Source: Macrostomum lignano (taxonomy: Eukaryota). Taken from it: a stretch of 64,000 nt of DNA. Within the stretch, counting starts at the first letter, position 1; every line of letters begins with the position of its first letter. Shown in pieces: positions 20,760 to 35,200 of the stretch. Where the stretch lies: positions 1-64,000 of the forward strand of contig NIVC01000239.1 of NCBI GenBank assembly GCA_002269645.1, written 5' to 3'. Under the pieces are notes generated by a model. That model did not search any database and had not been told where the DNA came from. It worked only from the letters and a program-made list of their open reading frames with translations. A program made the position numbers and the translations under genes.

Positions 20760-22678
20760 GTCCTGGGCCCGCTTTAGGGGTGGGTTTCTTTAATTAACAT
20801 GTTTACTGAATGTATTTATTATAAAAATACCCTCAGCATTTCCCCATTTCTGCCCGAAAACTATGGATTAGCTATTGTTATAAAATAGTTTTTTGTTAGT
20901 TAAGTTGTTATTAGCTATTATACGTGTAAATTTTTCAGTAAGTAGGTTTAATCAGTGAAGGCTTCACAAACAACTGCTGTAGCGACGAGACCGGTAGGCT
21001 AAAGATATGGTGCATTCAGTTAAAGAATTAACTAGGAAAAGAAAACCCAGTTTTCTTTTAATAGAGGGCACAGAAATTCCTAAGGAGTCGTCTTCTGTCT
21101 TCATAAGAGCGTAAACTCTTCAACTGAACGCTTTTTTCTTAAATAGAAATTAGCAGTTTTATCGAAAACAGGCTAACAGCCCCTGCATGTGACATGTAGA
21201 TGTAGCCAATTCAATGAATTCAACTGAAATACTCTATGAATAAAATTCGTTATTTGAACAAATCTTTTCTTAATTATACCGCATGAAAAGCTATAATCTC
21301 TAATCCAAACTGTTTCATGTTAGATCTGTTGCAGCGCGTTCATTACAGTTCGCGTCCCGTCGCCGTCCCATTTTTCGAGCCTCTAATGGGAATGTTAACT
21401 TCTTCAGCATTGCAGATTTGAAATGGAAGGAGTAGCGCTGGTAATTTATTAGAATACGTTACAACACAGTTGTAAGACGAGCTACATGTAACTCGCTAAC
21501 AAGATAAATTGTTACACTCATGACCGTGGTTAGTCGTCTACGGAACAAGTTGTCCAATTTTTAGTGGGACGAATTATCGAAGAATGAACTAACTCTTGAG
21601 AGCGAGAGCGAGAGAAGAGATAAGAGAGAAGTGAGAGTGATGGTTAAATCGACGCGAGGCAGGTTATACGAGTTATTTAGAAATATTAAAACTGGACCTC
21701 CGTGCGCCACAAGAATCACAAATTAAAACGGCCCGATGGGGGGCCAACACACGCAAAAATACAGAGAAAATAGGAATTAATACGATTACTGGCAGTTTAT
21801 GTGCATACAAGAAAAAAACCAGTAAAATTTTAACCAGTTACTTTTGATTGGTTGATTCGGTGCAGGCCGAATGATGAAACACAGATGGGGTTCGAACTGA
21901 AAATTATGGGTCAGGCATGATTGGTTGGTTGTTAAAAATAATATTTTATGACTTTACCTTCTTATGATTGGTTGGCAAAAATAAACATGTGATTCAGTTT
22001 ATTTTTATACATAATACTTACTATACTACTGAATAAAGTAAAAGTAGTATGTTAACAATTTTTATGATTTTTGTGGGAAGTAGAACACTACACCAGATAT
22101 GCTTACTCATTTTTATATATAATGCCTAACTAGTATTTTTAGATTGTTTAGCTGCATTTGCGAAATTGATTGAAGACTAACAAAAAACTTCATTGGATAT
22201 TAACTACGAGTTAATTTCCAATAAATCCTCACCTACAGCGTTTAAAATAGATTATGGATAGCTAGCTCTCTTCAAACTTCATCTACAAAAAACTAGAAAA
22301 CGCGGAACACAAAACTAATCTTCGATAGAAGCAACAATTAGAAACAACATTTAATTTTGAAATTTTCATTCCTTGTCAAGTTTATTTTCGAAGACTAAAA
22401 ACTAAATTTTTATCCACTTGAAAGTATAAAAAATTGTTTTGTCATCACGATCAAAAATCAACACTGTTTTAAAAATCAAAGTTCATTGAATCGGCAGTCA
22501 AATATACTCGCAAAAATATTGCGTTTACAGTATTTATGATAGAAGCTATATCCTAAAGTTGCAATATTAAAATCGTGAAGTCCTACATGGTTTGTTATCA
22601 AAGTCTATTGAAAAAGTATTAAGATATTCTACACACAGATAGACTACGGGATGTTGAGGCGGGCTTAATAATTATTAA

Positions 22679-22684
22679 TTTATT
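22679..22684 (-). terminator. Polyadenylation signal AATAAA of the right copy
   Basis: tttatt on the plus strand, about 33 nt after the stop codon in the minus direction. Confidence 0.5.
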
Positions 22685-22716
22685 TGTACTAAAACATTGA
22701 AAAGAATTAATTCCTG

Positions 22717-23282
22717 CTACATAAGGTAGATTACCAGCCGATCAGCGTAGCCGCTGCCCACTCTGCTAGGAGCATCCTGGATGTAGTTGTAAACCAGAAC
22801 TGGCAGAGATCCCTTGAAGCCCTCGCTAATCCAGGGACAGGAGTCTTCCTTGTCCGAAATGACAAAGAAGCTGCGCTCGGTGTCACAGCCCCCGCCCGTA
22901 CTGCTGATTGAGAAATGCCGCTTTCTGGATGAGTCGCCATTCAGCGAAAACTGGCTGAATTCAGTCCGGCCGATCCAAAATGGGTACGACGACTCGATCC
23001 GCTCCTTCGAGAACCAGTTTTCGCGAGTCAACTTGTCCGTATCCTTGGCAACGTTGAAAATCACCTGCGACACGATGCTCTTGCCTTCGCGCATCTCAAC
23101 AACTATCCTTGACTTGCCCGACTGCTTCACAGTCAAGGCCAGCTGGTCCAAGAGATCGGAGCGGTACACTGGTGGCAGCGAACCGTCTGTCGGCATTTTG
23201 AAGTCCTGCCTATGCGAAAACACGTGAAGCGCCTCTCGGCCGACATTTGCCTTGATTGTGAACAGAAGCTGCTTGTATTCTT
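22717..23282 (-). CDS. Right copy, terminal domain exon 13 (class B-like, G subtype)
   Basis: Acceptor tttacag|; ends YADRLVIYLM-TAG with no linker and no donor site. Confidence 0.8.
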
Positions 23283-26200
23283 CTGTAAATAGAGAGAAAT
23301 TAAAGAGTGCTACATGAAATAAAGCTTTCATTAGCTTTATTAATAAACTATGTCAGTAGTAGCTTTAAAGGGTCCGGCAAACCCGTTTAATATAAAGCAA
23401 ATACGACTCACCAAAAATAATAAATCTTTTGTATTCGGCACGTGGGTCAAGGAACTCGTTTGACAGATAAATGATCAATCTGTCCGCGTACCCAACGCTT
23501 TCGTGGAACGATCGACCCTGCTGTCGGTTGTAGGCCAGACTCGGAGGAGAGCCTCGCCAGCCTCGAGTTACCCAGTCGCAGCTGCCGCGCGAGTCAGACA
23601 CCATGATGAAGCCTGAATCTCTGGTGCAACCTCCATAGTGGTTGCTGATGTAGAATTTTCGGCTAGCATCCCCTTCTAAAGAAAAGTAGTTGAACTCTTT
23701 CCGACTAATTGGATAAGGGTAAGATGAGTACAGTCTTAGCAGCGAGAACCAGTTCTCTTTGTCGAGCTTGTCAGTGTCGGTGGAAACATCGAATGCCACT
23801 TGAGAGACGACTTTATTGTCTTTGCGCATCTCGACGACCATCTTGGTCATTCCCGACTGCCTCACAGCTCGAGGAAGCTCGTCGATGAGATCGGATCTGT
23901 AGACCGGAGGCAGAGACCCATCGGCAGGCATTTTGTAGTTTTGTTGATGTTTGAATGTCTCCAGAGCCTCCAAGTGCACGTTCGGAACAATGGTGTAAAG
24001 CAGCTGCTTGCTCTTTTCTAAGATGTTTAAAATGGTAAACAGCTTTCATTTGATAATCAGATGAGATAATAATATGAAGACTCTGACTTCAAACCTACCA
24101 AACATGACCTTCCGTTTGAACTCCTCTCGCAGTTCCGTCACCGAGTCCGTCAGGTAGATCGTGAACCGATCAGCATAGTCCACTCCGCTTCTAAAGGTGG
24201 CAGTTCGGTATCTGTTGTACACCAGCACTGGAGCCGAGCCCTTCCAGCCTTCGTTGCCCCAAGTGCACGGATCGCGTTTGTCGGACACCATCCAGAAGCC
24301 TCGATCATTGTCACATCCACCACCAGAGAACGAAACGAAAAAGCGTCTGTTTTGACCAGCGTCTCCGTCAATACTAAAGTAGTTCGTGCTTTGCTTCGGA
24401 TCGATCTTGAACGGATAGGACGAGACGAGTCGAGAGCGCGAGAACCAGTTCATCAGTGTGATCTCGTCGGTCTTCTCTGACAAGTCAAAAACCATTCGAG
24501 CAACCACGTGATCATCTTTTTCCATCTCAGCGACAATCTTTGTCTTTCCTGATTGCTTCACAGTGAGGGCGAGTTGATCGAGCAGGTCAGATCTGTAGAC
24601 AGGAGGCAGAGACCCGTCAGTCGGAGCCTTGTAGTTCTGCTGGACAGAGTAGGCGTGCTTGGCCTCGGTGTTGATGTTGGATTTGATCGTGAACAGCACC
24701 TGCTTGCTGCCATCTGCGTCAATAGAGTTGAATAAAAAATTAATTTTTTCTAGGGCATTCTACGAGGTACTATTGCATATATAGGTAGCTGTCTTGTCCT
24801 TGTAGGCTGGCGACTTTTAAACTAGCCAGTGGACTTACTCAGCGTGTACAGTTTTGCATCAACCTATCTCTCTTTGTCAGTTAGTGACCGTGTACGCTCA
24901 GCCCTAGCGAGGTATACCAACTCCCTGCATTCTTTGTTCTTGAGCTTTTCGTCGGTATCGATCCGCGAACACATGGCCTTGTCTCTATGAATAAAGTCAT
25001 GGTTAACCCAGGGTTTTCAATTGACTTTTTTAAACATTAATATAATGGCACTTTTTCATAAAATGTTAGCTTTTTTCAGCCAATTCTTGGGCACTGTAAT
25101 CCAAGATATGCTCGTATGTTGTCCAAAATAATGCAGCTTTTGTCTGTGGTAGCAAGGCTGCCTGACAGAATATATCATGGAGTTCTATAGAACTCCTTGG
25201 ATTAAATCTTATCCGTGTCAGCTCAAATGGGGCTGCAAAAAGCTATAAAAAAGTTCCAACAGTCAACAAGTAATCGTAATTTTGTTTCTTCAGCAAAATC
25301 TTTGAGATTTTTAAAGCTTTTATATACCAATCTGTGAAGAAATCAGCCAACAGATAAAACGCAGTACTCGTAAATCCTGTGATCCCAATCAATAAACTTA
25401 ACAGCATAACGTACCGATCATGAGTGGCTTCTTGAACTCGGCCCTGAGGTCCGGAAGTTCCTTCGCAAGGTAAATTAGTAGCCTGTCAGCGTATCCTGCG
25501 CTCTCTTCGAACGGCTTTCCAGGTAGTCGACTGTAAATCAAGGTCGGAGCAGATCCCCTCCAGCCTCGAGTCACGTAGTCGCAGTGACCGCGCGCGTCCG
25601 ACACAACAATGAAGCCCGTCTCTCGGTGGCATCCGTGGTGCCAGTTGTTGATGTAGAAGCGTCGCTTCGAGCTTCTCTCGCCTTCCAGAGAAAAGTAGTT
25701 AAACTCTTTTCGATCGACCGAGTACGGATAAGACGACTCAAGTCTCAGCTCCGAGAACCAGTTCTCTTTGTCGAGCTTTTCTGTGTCGGTGGAAACATCG
25801 AACACCACTTGAGAGACGACTTGATTGTCTTTGCGCATCTCGACGACCATCTTGGTCATTCCCGACTGTCTCACAGCTCGAGGAAGCTCGTCGATGAGAT
25901 CGGATCTGTAGACCGGAGGCAGAGATCCATCGGCAGGTATTTTGTAGTTTTGTTGATGCTCAAATGTCTCCAGAGCCTCCAAGTGCACGTTCGGAACAAT
26001 GGTGAACAACAGCTGTTTGTCGTTTTCTAAATTGGAAAGTGATGCAGGTTGGAGTATTTTTTACAGTGCTTATTTCTGGTGAATAAGTTTTGTCGACCTT
26101 AATTAGTCTTATTCGAGCATTTAATGGTTTTAAATGCACGGATCATTTTATTCGTAACGTCTCACAAACTTATACATCCGAGTATAGTAGAAAATTAGTT

Positions 26201-29200
26201 AAATACGGTAAAATCCGATACAACTCACACAAAGCAGCCAGTTAGCATTGGAAGGTCAAACAACCAGGAGACCCAGTGGGTGGTCAATAACAACAACAAT
26301 GACAGCAGCAAGAGCAGCTTGAGTGATGAGGACGTAGTGTTAAGTTTCCTTCGGTCAGCCCGCCCAGAGCAGGGACAATTTAATTGTCGTTTATAAAGGA
26401 CGCGACACGCAGGATTCGTGTAAATGTTTTTGGAGGCTGAATTTCCCTTAGCGTATACTTAAGTAGTCCGTGGCCTAGAGTAGCTCTGACAGGGGGGAAA
26501 TCGTTCCCGACGACACTCACACAGCAGCAGCAGCAGCAGCAGCGGCCCATCGTATCAACAGGTATGGACAGCCACAGTATTAACAACGATGTAGCTGTGG
26601 TCATAGGCATCACCTCTCCGAGGCGACTCGGATGGTCGGGGGCCTGCCGTACTACGATGCCTGCTACCAGGCAACCACCTCTCCTGGTGCGCACACACTA
26701 CATGATTATTTCCCTGAGCTCCAGCTCGTCCGACGCCCCAAGTTTTGACGCTTCTTCTTTTGCCTCTGCTTGCAATCCAAGCCCTAATGACTGCAACTGC
26801 TTCTGTTTTTCGCGCACTCCCGAGGACTTGTCTGCTGGGGGGTAGCCTGGGTAAACTCGGTCCTAGCACCGAAATTCCACTTTTTGGGTTGGCGGTGTCT
26901 TGTACCATAGGTTTGGGTTAGTAGCCCCAAAATTCCCCCTGGCCTAGACGTCGGGGCCCAATCAGGAAGGGATCTCGGGCTTAGGCCCCTGGAAGTGCCA
27001 CTCAGCGGCAGAGCCCCCCCCCAGGGCTGATCCGCGGGAAGCTAGCTCTTTCCCCCCGTTTAACAACAATGACTGCAACCGCTCAGAAGAGATCTCAGAA
27101 GAGATCTCCTATTCATACAGCGCCAAAGCACACTTTGCGAAGTACTTGTTACAATGCAGCGGAATTGTGACATGTGAAAATTGAATGCAGCGGAGTCCGA
27201 CGCTATCAACGGCATCAGATACAAACGTAAAGCGCCGATCACAATTTTGATCCTGATGACCGACACCCCGAGACTCAGCACCCCCGCCTCCGCTTTGCAA
27301 TCGGTCCAGGCCCTGTGCCTCTCCTGCGACGCCAGAATTCACAACGGGACCATCCCGCTCAAATACGCCGATCAAAACTGCAACTCGTTTTGCAATCGCA
27401 CGACAGCCTGCAGAGGAATCACCAGGTACAAGGGGTGGATTTGTTTGAGCGATGTCCGGCGACACCGGACCCGGTCAGTTCGATAGCCAGCCGTTGCGCT
27501 GGTGCGCCCTGAACTAAAACTTCTGCGACCCAGGATCTGAACCCGGCCTGTTGCAGGGGCTGAACCCACAAATTCCGCGCCGCCATCCGCCGATTGCCAC
27601 AAAGTGTGCCCCGACCTTAACAGAACCATTGCAAAGCAGACTGCCTTAAGCAGCCCACATTGCATCACCTCGTGCCACCCGGAGGTGACCCTGGAGCACG
27701 CCGACCGCCCCGCCTGCTGCCGCACCATTAAGCGCAAGGAATCAGTTCTGTTTCTCCAAGGAAACGCCCATGTTACCCTCAAGATTGCCGAACTTCAAAA
27801 CCTTATCGAACAACAAAAACAAGCAATCAACAAAAAAAACAAATAACTTTGCTTTCAATAAATCACTTACCTAACATGACCTTCCGATTGAACTCCTCTC
27901 GCAGTTCCGTCACCGAGTCCGTCAGGTAGATCGTGAATCGATCAGCATAGTCCACTCCGCTTCTAAAGGTGGCAGTTCGGTATCTGTTGTACACCAGCAC
28001 TGGAGCCGAGCCCTTCCAGCCTTCGTTGCCCCAAGTGCACGGATCGCGTTTGTCGGACACCATCCAGAAGCCTCGATCATTGTCACATCCACCACCAGAG
28101 AACGAAACGAAAAAGCGTCTGTTTTGACCAGCGTCTCCGTCAATACTAAAGTAGTTCGTGCTTTGCTTCGGATCGATCTTGAACGGATAGGACGAGACGA
28201 GTCGAGAGCGCGAGAACCAGTTCATCAGTGTGATCTCGTCGGTCTTCTCTGACAAGTCAAAAACCATTCGAGCAACCACGTGATCATCTTTTTCCATCTC
28301 AGCGACAATCTTTGTCTTTCCTGATTGCTTCACAGTGAGGGCGAGTTGATCGAGCAGGTCAGATCTGTAGACAGGAGGCAGAGACCCGTCAGTCGGAGCC
28401 TTGTAGTTCTGCTGGACAGAGTATGCGTGCTTGGCCTCGGTGTTGATGTTGGATTTGATCGTGAACAGCACCTGCTTGCTGCCATCTGCAATTAGTAGAT
28501 TTTTAAACGTTCGGCATCAATAATGGTTAGATTTATTTTTCATATTTTCTGAAACTCCAAATTGAGATGTTTCGAAATTAGTGATTTGTGTGACTCTCCT
28601 AGGTTCTCTCCTTAGGTGTCATTAAGAAGTAACTCCAGAGGAAGTTTATTCAGTATTTGTAAAGTAACTGATTAGGCGTTCTCTGTTTAATTTTTTATAG
28701 TTTTTTATTACCAGTTCATTCCATGAATCTAAGAAGCTGCAGCCTTTGCTGTTTACTTAGTTATTGCAAACTCTTTTGAGACTGGCGTAGTTTAAATGTT
28801 AATTCGGAAAGAATAGGTCTGCCAGTGATAATTAATACCTGCCCATTGCATACAGGCTGTCAAATCATATGCGAGCGTATTACTTGGCTAGGTGGCTTAT
28901 TGTTGTTTTGATTTTGTCCTCATTCTTTCTTGGAGTACATAGTCCCGTGCTTTATAGCCAGAAGACCCTGTCCAGTTAATCGAAGTTGCTGTAATACGTA
29001 AATCTACAGCAAGCTTGATTACTTAAAGCAACCCTTTCTCACTATCTTCGAGGAGAAGGCTTTTAGAAGTCAACGGCCAATACTAGCAAACTTACTAAAT
29101 ATTAAATTTTTCGTGACAAGACCTATTCTAATTATTCGCTTGCGATATATTTGTTACAACTGACACCCGAATATTACTGGTTCTCTGCTATCGACACAAG

Positions 29201-32200
29201 GTACCAGTATTTACAAGTACAAACCGGCTTTGCACTCTGCTAAAAATATATAAGGCGTCATCCGCGGGCCCCAAAAGCTAATTCAGCGCCTCAGAAGTTC
29301 AGAGGAGTCATACTAGTACTACGGAAGACAGTATCAATTCCGAAAACACTAAGAAAAGAATCTTTGTTTAATTGGACTATCGAAGTTACTGGGTTGCCGG
29401 CATTAGCTGGAGGGATCAATAGTTCCTTGATATCAGAAGGTTGGATAAGGGACATCAAACGATAAGTTTTGCCATTTCTGAGCCATTTAAAGCAAAGCAT
29501 CAGAACCCTTCAAAAGTGTCTCCCTGCCCCGCAGATGTTTCTAAGATGAATCAGAAATATTATATTCAATATTTTTGGTGAAGGAGTGCGTTTCCACCTC
29601 ACTGTTAAATACTCCTAAGGCAACCGATGTATCATTTAAAAAAGTTATCAATAATAGAAGTTGATAAATAGTAAAATTTGTCATTTCCCTTCAAGTACAA
29701 GTTATAAAGATATAAAAAACCTAATGGCAAAAAAGCAAAACTTCACTAACCTCGAATTTGGGCTACGTTTCACTCATAATCAAATTAAAAAAAATTCTAT
29801 TGAGTTAACACTGACTTAGTAAAATAAATAAAGAGATTTTTCTGACCTAGTGGTGGATCCATGCTTCAACTATTAGCTTACCGATAATGAGTGGCTTCTT
29901 GAACTCGGCCCTGAGGTCCGGAAGTTCCTTCGCAAGGTAAATCAGTAGCCTGTCAGCGTATCCTGCGCTCTCTTCGAACGGCTTTCCAGGTAGTCGACTG
30001 TAAATCAAGGTCGGAGCAGATCCCCTCCAGCCTCGAGTCACGTAGTCGCAGTGACCGCGCGCGTCCGACACAAGAATGAAGCTCGTCTCTCGGTGGCATC
30101 CGTGGTGCCAGTTGTTGATGTAGAAGCGTCGCTTCGAGCTTCTCTCGCCTTCCAGAGAAAAGTAGTTAAACTCTTTCCGATCGACCGAGTACGGATAAGA
30201 CGACTCAAGTCTAAGCTCCGAGAACCAGTTCTCTTTGTCGAGCTTCTCTGTGTCGGTGGAAACATCGAACACCACTTGGGAGACGACTTGATTGTCGTCT
30301 TTGCGCATCTCGACGACCATCTTGGTCATTCCCGACTGCCTCACAGCTCGAGGAAGCTCGTCGATGAGATCGGATCTATAGACCGGAGGCAGAGATCCGT
30401 TGGCGGGCATTTTGTAGTTTTGTTGATGCTCGAATGTCTCCAGAGCCTCTAAGTGCACGTTCGGGATGATGGTGAACAACAGCTGCTTGTCTTTTTCTGC
30501 AACAGAAGAACATGACAAATAATCATTACAAAGATCTTGCCCGACGTTGTAATTCGATTTTTGCTTCTGCCTCCTAACCACCCTTATCATTGCATATTTA
30601 ACCGCAATTTTCAGTTACAATTGTGATATAAATTCTACGTTAATGCATTTAATGCGCATGACTGATACGGTCTGACCTCAATTTTCTATGTGAATATCTA
30701 CTTTGTAAACGCCTTGAAATTTTGTCTGGATTCTAAAAGAGATATTCTCTATTTTTACTTTTGTGTAATAATGAAATAGCTTTCACTTTTCTTATCAAGA
30801 AAAGCGCAAAAAGCGACGAAATTTCCATGAAAAAAGTGTTAATTTGACATTTCTTACCAAACATGATCTTCCGATTGAACTCCTCTCGCAGTTCCGTCAC
30901 CGAGTCCGTCAGGTAGATCGTGAACCGATCAGCATAGTCCACTCCGCTTCTAAAGGTGGCAGTTCGGTATCTGTTGTACGCCAGCACTGGAGCCGAGCCC
31001 TTCCAGCCTTCGTTGCCCCAAGTGCACGGATCGCGTTTGTCGGACACCATCCAGAAGCCTCGATCATTGTCACATCCACCACCAGAGAACGAAACGAAAA
31101 AGCGTCTGTTTTGACCAGCGTCTCCGTCAATACTAAAGTAGTTCGTGCTTTGCTTCGGATCGATCTTGAACGGATAGGACGAGACGAGTCGAGAGCGCGA
31201 GAACCAGTTCATCAGTGTGATCTCGTCGGTCTTCTCTGACAAGTCAAAAACCATTCGAGCAACCACGTGATCATCTTTTTCCATCTCAGCGACAATCTTT
31301 GTCTTTCCTGATTGCTTCACAGTGAGGGCGAGTTGATCGAGCAGGTCAGATCTGTAGACAGGAGGCAGAGACCCGTCAGTCGGAGCCTTGTAGTTCTGCT
31401 GGACAGAGTATGCGTGCTTGGCCTCGGTGTTGATGTTGGATTTGATCGTGAACAGCACCTGCTTGCTGCCATCTGCAATTAGTAGATTTTTAAACGTTCG
31501 GCATCAATAATGGTTAGATTTATTTTTCATATTTTCTGAAACTCCAAATTGAGATGTTTCGAAATTAGTGATTTGTGTGACTCTCCTAGGTTCTCTCCTT
31601 AGGTGTCATTAAGAAGTAACTCCAGAGGAAGTTTATTCAGTATTTGTAAAGTAACTGATTAGGCGTTCTCTGTTTAATTTTTTATAGTTTTTTATTACCA
31701 GTTCATTCCATGAATCTAAGAAGCTGCAGCCTTTGCTGTTTACTTAGTTATTGCAAACTCTTTTGAGACTGGCGTAGTTTAAATGTTAATTCGGAAAGAA
31801 TAGGTCTGCCAGTGATAATTAATACCTGCCCATTGCATACAGGCTGTCAAATCATATGCGAGCGTATTACTTGGCTAGGTGGCTTATTGTTGTTTTGATT
31901 TTGTCCTCATTCTTTCTTGGAGTACATAGTCCCGTGCTTTATAGCCAGAAGACCCTGTCCAGTTAATCGAAGTTGCTGTAATACGTAAATCTACAGCAAG
32001 CTTGATTACTTAAAGCAACCCTTTCTCACTATCTTCGAGGAGAAGGCTTTTAGAAGTCAACGGCCAATACTAGCAAACTTACTAAATATTAAATTTTTCG
32101 TGACAAGACCTATTCTAATTATTCGCTTGCGATATATTTGTTACAACTGACACCCGAATATTACTGGTTCTCTGCTATCGACACAAGGTACCAGTATTTA

Positions 32201-35200
32201 CAAGTACAAACCGGCTTTGCACTCTGCTAAAAATATATAAGGCGTCATCCGCGGGCCCCAAAAGCTAATTCAGCGCCTCAGAAGTTCAGAGGAGTCATAC
32301 TAGTACTACGGAAGACAGTATCAATTCCGAAAACACTAAGAAAAGAATCTTTGTTTAATTGGACTATCGAAGTTACTGGGTTGCCGGCATTAGCTGGAGG
32401 GATCAATAGTTCCTTGATATCAGAAGGTTGGATAAGGGACATCAAACGATAAGTTTTGCCATTTCTGAGCCATTTAAAGCAAAGCATCAGAACCCTTCAA
32501 AAGTGTCTCCCTGCCCCGCAGATGTTTCTAAGATGAATCAGAAATATTATATTCAATATTTTTGGTGAAGGAGTGCGTTTCCACCTCACTGTTAAATACT
32601 CCTAAGGCAACCGATGTATCATTTAAAAAAGTTATCAATAATAGAAGTTGATAAATAGTAAAATTTGTCATTTCCCTTCAAGTACAAGTTATAAAGATAT
32701 AAAAAACCTAATGGCAAAAAAGCAAAACTTCACTAACCTCGAATTTGGGCTACGTTTCACTCATAATCAAATTAAAAAAAATTCTATTGAGTTAACACTG
32801 ACTTAGTAAAATAAATAAAGAGATTTTTCTGACCTAGTGGTGGATCCATGCTTCAACTATTAGCTTACCGATAATGAGTGGCTTCTTGAACTCGGCCCTG
32901 AGGTCCGGAAGTTCCTTCGCAAGGTAAATCAGTAGCCTGTCAGCGTATCCTGCGCTCTCTTCGAACGGCTTTCCAGGTAGTCGACTGTAAATCAAGGTCG
33001 GAGCAGATCCCCTCCAGCCTCGAGTCACGTAGTCGCAGTGACCGCGCGCGTCCGACACAAGAATGAAGCTCGTCTCTCGGTGGCATCCGTGGTGCCAGTT
33101 GTTGATGTAGAAGCGTCGCTTCGAGCTTCTCTCGCCTTCCAGAGAAAAGTAGTTAAACTCTTTCCGATCGACCGAGTACGGATAAGACGACTCAAGTCTA
33201 AGCTCCGAGAACCAGTTCTCTTTGTCGAGCTTCTCTGTGTCGGTGGAAACATCGAACACCACTTGGGAGACGACTTGATTGTCGTCTTTGCGCATCTCGA
33301 CGACCATCTTGGTCATTCCCGACTGCCTCACAGCTCGAGGAAGCTCGTCGATGAGATCGGATCTATAGACCGGAGGCAGAGATCCGTTGGCGGGCATTTT
33401 GTAGTTTTGTTGATGCTCGAATGTCTCCAGAGCCTCTAAGTGCACGTTCGGGATGATGGTGAACAACAGCTGCTTGTCTTTTTCTGCAACAGAAGAACAT
33501 GACAAATAATCATTACAAAGATCTTGCCCGACGTTGTAATTCGATTTTTGCTTCTGCCTCCTAACCACCCTTATCATTGCATATTTAACCGCAATTTTCA
33601 GTTACAATTGTGATATAAATTCTACGTTAATGCATTTAATGCGCATGACTGATACGGTCTGACCTCAATTTTCTATGTGAATATCTACTTTGTAAACGCC
33701 TTGAAATTTTGTCTGGATTCTAAAAGAGATATTCTCTATTTTTACTTTTGTGTAATAATGAAATAGCTTTCACTTTTCTTATCAAGAAAAGCGCAAAAAG
33801 CGACGAAATTTCCATGAAAAAAGTGTTAATTTGACATTTCTTACCAAACATGATCTTCCGATTGAACTCCTCTCGCAGTTCCGTCACCGAGTCCGTCAGG
33901 TAGATCGTGAACCGATCAGCATAGTCCACTCCGCTTCTAAAGGTGGCAGTTCGGTATCTGTTGTACGCCAGCACTGGAGCCGAGCCCTTCCAGCCTTCGT
34001 TGCCCCAAGTGCACGGATCGCGTTTGTCGGACACCATCCAGAAGCCTCGATCATTGTCACATCCACCACCAGAGAACGAAACGAAAAAGCGTCTGTTTTG
34101 ACCAGCGTCTCCGTCAATACTAAAGTAGTTCGTGCTTTGCTTCGGATCGATCTTGAACGGATAGGACGAGACGAGTCGAGAGCGCGAGAACCAGTTCATC
34201 AGTGTGATCTCGTCGGTCTTCTCTGACAAGTCAAAAACCATTCGAGCAACCACGTGATCATCTTTTTCCATCTCAGCGACAATCTTTGTCTTTCCTGATT
34301 GCTTCACAGTGAGGGCGAGTTGATCGAGCAGGTCAGATCTGTAGACAGGAGGCAGAGACCCGTCAGTCGGAGCCTTGTAGTTCTGCTGGACAGAGTACGC
34401 AGACAAGGCCTCGGTGTTGATATTGGATTTGATCGTGAACAGCACCTGCTTGCTGCCATCTGCAATCAAAAGATACTCTTTTATTACCGAGGTGCAATTT
34501 CAGGATGTGGAACCCGATGCAGATTATTTATTTGCCCGTACTGAGATGATATAGATTTAAGGTTACTGTAGATTTATCTCTTGCTCAAGACAATATCAAA
34601 GCCTACTCAAGTAACATATATATAGGACGCTACACTCGAAATCCATGGTAAATGTTTTGAAGGCAACTTTTCGCCGAAAAATACACTATAGAGATGGGAG
34701 GTTTCAATTTTTTTCAGCACCAAAATTGTTTTTCCTTTTAATACTAGGCAGATCCAGTGTTCATCTTTTGATATGTTGTGCCTTTCTTATTGCTCTATCG
34801 ATATGCATAAAGCTTTTCGTTCCGAAATAGTTTTAAAGGCAGGTTTTACTGGAAAAATGCACCACGGAGACAGGAAATTGTTATTATTTCTTGTCATTAT
34901 TTTAAACGTTTTTTCAAGTCACAGACCAATTTAACATAAAAATTCTATTAATGCGTCGTTAGAGCAGCATGTGAAACACGAAATAGTGTGATTATAACTT
35001 TCTCTGACACTTCCAAGAGACCCAATCACTGTTTTAGTGTTGAAAATCGTGAAATTTCCTATCTCCGTAGTGTATTTTTCCGGTGAACGAAAAGCTTTAG
35101 TTTTTTAACGATCCTTACTGTACTGCAAATATATGGTTTTCGGTTTCCAATAGAAACTGGAGGAGTTTACCCATTGTGTAAACTAAATGTTTATTGAAGT

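Larger units (their letters stand above)
27871..34462. repeat. Near-perfect tandem duplication, period 2987 bp (about 2.2 units, each one class A plus one class B exon and two introns)
   Basis: Exon boundaries and intron text recur at exactly +2987 (27871/30858/33845; 29882/32869; 28485/31472/34459). Confidence 0.95.
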
